DNA of 64,000 nt, taken from assembly GCF_036321535.1 (NCBI RefSeq), contig NC_087436.1, forward strand, positions 119,786,001 through 119,850,000, read 5' to 3'. Shown in pieces: positions 57,736 through 64,000 of the stretch (within the stretch, counting starts at the first letter, position 1; every line of letters starts with the position of its first letter). A model generated the notes under the pieces. That model did no database searches. It saw only the letters and a program-made list of their open reading frames with translations, and had not been told where the DNA came from. Position numbers and translations under genes: made by a program. Source of the stretch: Camelus dromedarius. Lineage: Eukaryota.

Positions 57736-60700
57736 AACCCCCCTTCATAATTTATAAATGACTGTTTACATCCTCAACTTATTTGCAGGCAGACAGGGCG
57801 AGGGACTCTGGTTCCCGTTTCCCAGGCGATGGCACCGAGTAGGGCAGTGAGAACATTCTGGAACATTGCCACACGCACCCTTCCCTGGAGGTGATGGGCG
57901 AGATCATGAAGAGGGGGCTGGATTTTTAACGGTCGTTTACGGAGATAGGGGGGAAATGGATTTCCTGGGAAGGGCTCTGAGAGGCAGCGACACCAGGATC
58001 ATCTGGGTTCCCAGGAGGGAAAGAGCAACGCCCAGGCCGCAGCCCGTGTGTTCGTGCAGCGGTCTGTGCGTGAGCAGGGGGCCGAATTCCCCCTTCTGTC
58101 CGGCATTTCCCTCCAGTGTGTACCAGTCACACTGTGGCTTCTTGCTGAACAAGCCCCGTCTGACTCCCCAGCCTTGATGGCAAGAGCCGAGGTCTCATCA
58201 CTCTGATCCCAGGCTGACCTGTGGGCGCTGGACATAGCTCGAATCTGACAGGCAGCTGTCTCTGGGCCCAAAGCTCCGAGGAATAAAACTGAAACTTCAA
58301 GAAAAGCCTCAGCCCCAGTATCAGGGAAATGATGCCCGGGTGACGCCGGAGAGTGTGTGAACCGGCTCCCCCTCTGCTCGCCCTGGACTCTGAGTTAAAA
58401 GCGTGAAACCACAGGAACGAAAGGGAAGGGGCTGGCATTGGCTCTCCCACCAGGCACTCTGGAGGGCAGGTGGGCTGGGCAGACTTGGAGTCAGATCGGG
58501 GCTGTGGGCCAATCACTTACATTTGTGAGCCTCAGTGGTTTCATCTGTAGAATGGGGAGAAGGGCGGCCCGGAGCTCTAAAGACGGGCTTCAGGGGCAGG
58601 GGTCGGACTAAGAGTGCTGGCCTGCTGTGATTAACCCTGCTGCACAGGTGTGGAAACCACATCACTGACAGCATACAACCAGGGAGTGAGGGGCAGAGGC
58701 GGGCCCCCAAGGCCAGCTCTGAGTGCCACGCTGGGAGCCCTTCTGAGTGAGGGACCCACAGGGGCTCTGGGGAATTCAGTCCCACAGTGATAGGATTTGC
58801 CATGTAGCCTGTTAGTGACAAGCTAATGGGGCTCTGACGTCAGAGGCCCAGTTTTGAATCCGGGACGTATTCCAGCTGTCCGACTCTGGGGAGGTGAGAG
58901 GGGGACATCACTTGGCTTCCCTGGTGCTCCACTCGCATATTTTTGGAAGGGGATTTAAGAGATACCCGCACATAGTAGGTGCTGAATGAACGTCTCCTTC
59001 CTGGAGTGGAGGTGTGAGTTTTATCTGATCTCCCTGGGTGGGGGCCGGCTCAAGAACCTCTGAGGACAGACCTGGACCCACTCCTAAAGGTCTCGCTGCT
59101 CTCCACGTCCCGTTGGAACAGTAGACGCTGGATCTGGCACAGCACTTTGTTGTTTAGCTTCGGGGGAAATCGGATCCGTGATTTGTGCTTACTGAATGTG
59201 GAAATAGCGGGGAGGAACGCTGGGCAGACTTGGGGAGATGGTGCCGCCGCCCCTGTTTCCGGCTCGAGCGCAGCGCAGTGCATACAAATGGCCCCGATTT
59301 ATTGTTCAGCGGGAGCCTGTGTACTGATGCACGGCAGACTGGCGGGGAACTGGTTTCCCAGCTGACACACCAGGAGCCCAGATCCAGCAGCCGAGACCAG
59401 GATGTGTGGGGGGCTGTGATTTTAAACAGGCCGCCCCGGGCCCCCACGTGGGGGTGCCACGGGATGCAGAATGAGCGACGGCAGAATGTTATTTCCTTAC
59501 TTAGCTTTTGGAAACAATAGTGAACCAAGTGTTAATTAACTCATCCACTCAAGCACGTGTTGAGTGTCTACTCCGGGCAGAAGTAAGCTAAGAGCTGGAG
59601 GTGTCACAGTGACCGGGACACATCCCTACAGTCCAGAACTTTCCAGTCGAGAGGAGTGAAATGGACCCAGATCGCTTCACTGTCACATGACGTCATGGTG
59701 CTGGGATCCGGCCCACAAAGCCTGCCCAGATGCTTGTGGTTGAGCCGCTGCTGGCTGGGGGGGGGGGGTGTCTGAGGAGGCTCCGTGGGAGTGGGCCAGG
59801 CGGGGTGCTTTGTGGTGGACATTGAGGGATGAACAGAAATTCACTGAGTGGGGGGAGCGGGTGCTATAGGAGAGGGTGCAGCCTGAGCTCAGGGTGCCCG
59901 AGGGACTGTGGGCTCCTCAGGGAGATGGGAGCAGCATGCGGGTGCAGGGGAGGTTGGATGGGGTGGAGGAAGAAATACACAGAGAGCAGCTTTTGAGAGG
60001 CCTCGAGCACCATGGTAACCACTGGCCGAGGCCACGTCCCGATGGCAAAGGAGCCGTGGCAGTGTTTTAAGCAGGGGAGGGCCACGGTCAGGTTTGTCGT
60101 CTAGGGAGGTATGTGTTGCCTCAAGGATGGATGATTTAATGGTGTTTGTGTCCAGTGGTGGTAGGAAGCACACCCAGGATGACTCACAGTCCTGGGAGCC
60201 CCAAGAAACAGTGTGCTTCGACCACTGCCAACGAAATCAGTGGAAAAGGAAGCACAGAACAAAAGCCCACCCTCAATTTCCCTCGGTAGCCAGACCTTCT
60301 GGAATTTCAGCACCATCAAGCATAGAGCCTCGCCCAGTGCGGGGCGGGGCTGGGAGCCCACGCCTGTGCCTGGTGAGGGGAGAGGTTGCGGCCGGCACCT
60401 TGGGTCTAAAGGCCGCCCAGCTCTGGCCGTCTCCCCACAGCGCCCGGGCCTCCCTCAGATCCCACTCATGTTGGGCTGAGGTCCAGGGAGCCCTCTGTGG
60501 TTTTGTCCCTGGTCCTGGGGGTCCCTCCTGGCCCAGTGTCCAGGCCCTTCTGCTCAGCAGGAATGTTCTCCTGCATTTAGCCCTGAAGCATCCCCTGGGC
60601 CTGAACATTTAATTCTAGGTTTCGATTCTCCTTGGCACTGCTAATAGGCTTTCTCTGAAAGCAACAACCTTGCAGGTTTCTTTACAATGTAAAATGTGTT

Positions 60701-61727
60701 TCATTCGGGCTGCATTCCGCAGCTGGGCGGCGGAGGTGGGGTCGGTGCAGGGGAGGGCAGGGAGGCAGAGCGCTCCCCGCTCCCCGCTCAGGACCTGGGG
60801 GCCGGAGCCCGTGGGAGGAGCTGCAGGCTTTGATGTTTGCAGTGGCCCGTCTGCTGTCAGCAGGGGGCTGTTCTGCACATGCCCTCACTGTTTAAAGTTT
60901 GTTTTTTCCCTCTTTTATGAAAATACAAAGTCTCTGTAGGAAATGTAGGCGATGTTGGAGAGGAAGAAACCCCCTCCATCCCATGTGCCAGAGAGGAAGG
61001 CTTCACTCCTTCCAATAGTTACGCATTTTTAATAGGGTTAATATGTAATCTCGGAGACGAAAACAGAAACCGACTCAGGTGGAAAGCATGACTCACCAGC
61101 AGTGCTGGGCTAAGCAGTCGAGGCACCATCACCCTGAGGTGGGTTCTCTCTTGTTTCCATTTTGCAGGTGAGGAGACTGAGATTCAGAGAAGTGAGTGCT
61201 GGGCCAGGCAGTCAGCCTGTTAGAAACTGAAACAAAATGGCCCCAGATCTCACCGGTGGAAGATCGCCACTGTCCCCGGGGGCCCTTCCTCCAGGTGTTT
61301 TCCATGCAAATGGACACAAAGCCAAACGTCCGGTCACGGTGTTAACTGCTCCAACAGCCCACACCTAGAGGTGTATCCCTGGCCTTGCACGGCCAGATGC
61401 GGCCTGTGGGGTGGGTGGGGCCTTGGACGCTACGTTGTCTCTTTTTAGAGCAGGCTCCTAACATCGTTCTGGACCACCTGCTGTATTCCAAGCCCTGGGC
61501 TGGTCCCTGGGATACTGAGTGGCTGGGATGAGGACAAGGGGGATTGAAACAGTTTACAGGCAGCCACATGCAAAAGGCCGTGGGCTCTGGGGGACAGCGA
61601 GGCTGGCTCCATGCAGCTGTGAGTGTGGCCTTGATGTAAAAGCAAGAAGGGCTGGAGTTACCCTCTGCCCGTGTGAAAGCCAGGCAGGCCTCACAGTTCG
61701 GGGGGGGGGGGCACTTGGGGAGGTTTG

Positions 61728-61757
61728 TTGAATGAATGAATGAATGAATGAATGAAT
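61728..61757. repeat. (GAAT)n microsatellite (L2 tail-like)
   Basis: Seen directly, after tttgtt. Confidence 0.9.
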
Positions 61758-62479
61758 TCCTCAGTTGAAATGCACTCCCTCGTCCCAGTTGGTTGTTTCA
61801 GATTCTAATCGTCTCTTCTGCCTTGACAGACTCTCGCTGTCAGCCTTGTGAGGGGGGAGTGGGGTTGATTACTGAAAGGCAAGGCTGTTCCCGGGCATTT
61901 AGGAGTTTGGGTCTTGACCCCTTCCCCTTCCTATTACGAGCAGCAGATCTGATGTCAGGCAGACCTGCCTCCAAATCCCCGCCTCCGCATCTGGTGGCTG
62001 TGTGACCTTGAGCAAGTTGTGTAACCTCTCTGAACTCCAATGTGTTCATTTAGAAAACAGAGGAAATAAACTGCAGGATCTTGACGCGTCATTGTGAGGG
62101 CAGCTGTGAGGAACACAGCACAGCAATGCTGTTCGACAGCAATGATGTCGATGGCGGTGGTGGTGGTGGTGATGATTACAAAGGTCACAGCGAGGAACTG
62201 AGAATAGAAGACAGAGATCACAGCCTCGTGGACAAGGATTGCTTCCCCAAGAATGTCACACTCTGAGAACTCCCGGTTGGCTTGGTGCAGACCCTGGCTG
62301 TAAGCTGTGGGGTTCGTTTCTCTTCCCCCAGGCTTCCTGGAGGAGTGGGAGCAGGAGAGGGTGGATCAGAACCCCCGCAGGGGTCTTGTTTATCCAGATT
62401 CTGCTCTCAAAACGCCTCTCTGGTCTGTAGCTTTCTTCCAGCTGCAGAGGGCTTCCACGTCTCTAGCCATGGCCCCCAG

Positions 62480-62620
62480 TCTCTTGGGGTGCTTTACAAA
62501 GTACGAGCCTGGATCCCACCCCTAGAGTTTCTGATTGAACTGGATTGCAGTGGGGCCCCTGTATCTGTTTAGAAAGCTCCCCAGGTGATTCCAGTCTGCA
62601 GCCAAGGCTGTGAGCCCTGC
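62480..62620. mobile_element. MER5A-like DNA transposon relic
   Basis: cccacccctagagtttctgatt...aagctccccaggtgattc..tgcagccaaggctgtgagccctg. Confidence 0.7.
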
Positions 62621-63004
62621 AAGGAATTTCATTCTTTCGCAATGCAGGGCTGTTTAAAAACAATCTCCCACCTGGCGTCTGGCGGGGAGGTGAGATTAGT
62701 GGCACAACCAGAATTTGTCATCAGAGAGAGGGAGGCGGCTATTGTCAGACAGTGGCCCTCATGTTTAGCCACATTGAAAAGAAAAAAGAGAGGAGGTCAG
62801 AGGTCACAAAGGAGGGCAGCAGGTGAACTGACATCACAGGACTAGGGGGTCCAGTCTCCCCCAGGCAGGTTCATGGCCAAGGGACAGCTTCTCCTTCTCC
62901 TCCTTGAGCCTTATCACCTCCTGTCTCCAAATGAATATATGGTGCTCTGACTGGCTAAGGGAACTAACAACTCAGGGTCACACAGCGAGTTACCACATCT
63001 ATGA

Positions 63005-63424
63005 ATCCACCTGCCCACCCACCTACCCATCCATCCTCCCATCCTCCCATCCATCTATCCATCCATCCATCCTCCCATCCGTCCATCCATCCATCCTCCC
63101 ATCCATCCATCCATCCATCCATCCATCCATCCATCCATCCTCCCATCCATCCATCCATCCATCCAACCATCCACCCATCCATGCTCGCATCCATCCGTCC
63201 ATCCATCCTCCCATCCATCTATCCATCCTCCCATCCATCCATCCATCCATCCATCCTCCCATCCATCCGTCCATCCATCCTCCCGTCCATCCATCCATCC
63301 ATCCATCTATCCTCCTATCCATCCATCCATCCTCCCATCTCTCCCTCCATCCATCCACCTACCCATCATCCATCCTCCCATCCATCCATCCATTCATCCA
63401 TTTTCCCATTTTCTTATCCATCCA
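63005..63424. repeat. Complex (CCAT)n / (CCATCCTC) microsatellite
   Basis: About 420 bp, seen directly. It produces the spurious HPSI/MDGW ORFs. Confidence 0.97.
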
Positions 63425-64000
63425 CTTTGCTACCCAGCCTTCTTATAGGGGAAGAAAATACAGAAGAGTTCTCGTGTGAGTAGGAGACATCCTGCGTTTA
63501 AGCCCCCTTGGGGCATCCCATTCATTGGCACGCTCTTTCCTGGCCCCTGGACCAGGCAGTGTTGGGCTTTGAAAGGAGACTGAGCCAGGGTGCGTCTCTC
63601 CAGGGGCTGACGGCCGCAGCTGGGAGAGGGCAGACACCAGCGACAGGCGCAGCGGGGGTGAGATCAGGGTCTTCCGGGAGATGCAGGGCAGGAGGCGCCC
63701 AAGTAGGGGTGAGGCAGGCAGGGAGGCTGGGAGCAGACTGCCTTCGGGAGAGCAGCTGGCATTCTGGGCCGTGTGGCTCAGGACACGAGCCCCAACCTCC
63801 CTGGGCCTCCCTCGCCTCAGCTGCACATGGAACCGCTGCCTCGGACTGCACTGGGGCCATTGTGAGGGGCCGTCCCTGGGACGGACCCTTCAGAGAGGGG
63901 GTGATTGTCGTAGGTGCTGATTAAGTGGCAGCTGAGCTTTCAAAGTAGTTCTGCCTGTGCTGGTCTCAGAGGTTGCCACAGGTGGGGGGCATTGGAGCTG

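Noticed and set aside
60306..60325. REST/RE1 left half TTCAGCACC (also near 33880)
   Set aside because: The right half GGACAG is missing at the required spacing.
62904..63483. HPSI/MDGW repeat ORFs
   Set aside because: They are translations of the (CCAT)n microsatellite.
37000..64000. SORCS2 exon 3 or an intronic miRNA hairpin
   Set aside because: I found no sequence encoding SSDFGTSYTKL and no convincing pre-miRNA by eye. Exon 3 probably lies beyond the window.
1..64000. The several hundred other 60-240 aa ORFs
   Set aside because: They are expected by chance in GC-rich intron. They are Pro/Gly/Arg-rich, often have non-ATG starts and show no recognisable homology.

Overview
This is GC-rich mammalian genomic DNA, very probably from a camelid: it carries a Vic-1-like tRNA-derived SINE and camelid-type L1 3' ends. 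The window lies inside the large SORCS2 gene on the + strand. Its only SORCS2 exon here is the 68-nt exon 2 (11247-11314, VILILTKYYHADMGKVLESSLWR), which is too short to appear in the ORF track. Nested antisense in the next intron is the intronless prosaposin-like gene PSAPL1 (36708-35116, - strand, 530 aa, all saposin cysteines intact), with a candidate proximal promoter and polyA site. The rest is intron filled with MIR, L2, L1, MLT1, MER and ERV-LTR relics and microsatellites. The SORCS2/PSAPL1 nesting is a known arrangement, not a new system. The best sequence-level observations are an apparent 1-nt deletion that gives PSAPL1 a new C-terminal tail, a 180-bp templated duplication inserted into a MIR, a solo ERV LTR with an intact target-site duplication (TSD), a degenerate interstitial telomere-like tract, and several strong regulatory motifs (RFX X-box, CTCF, GRHL, NFAT:AP-1). 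Repeat family names and comparisons with human proteins are from memory and need database confirmation.
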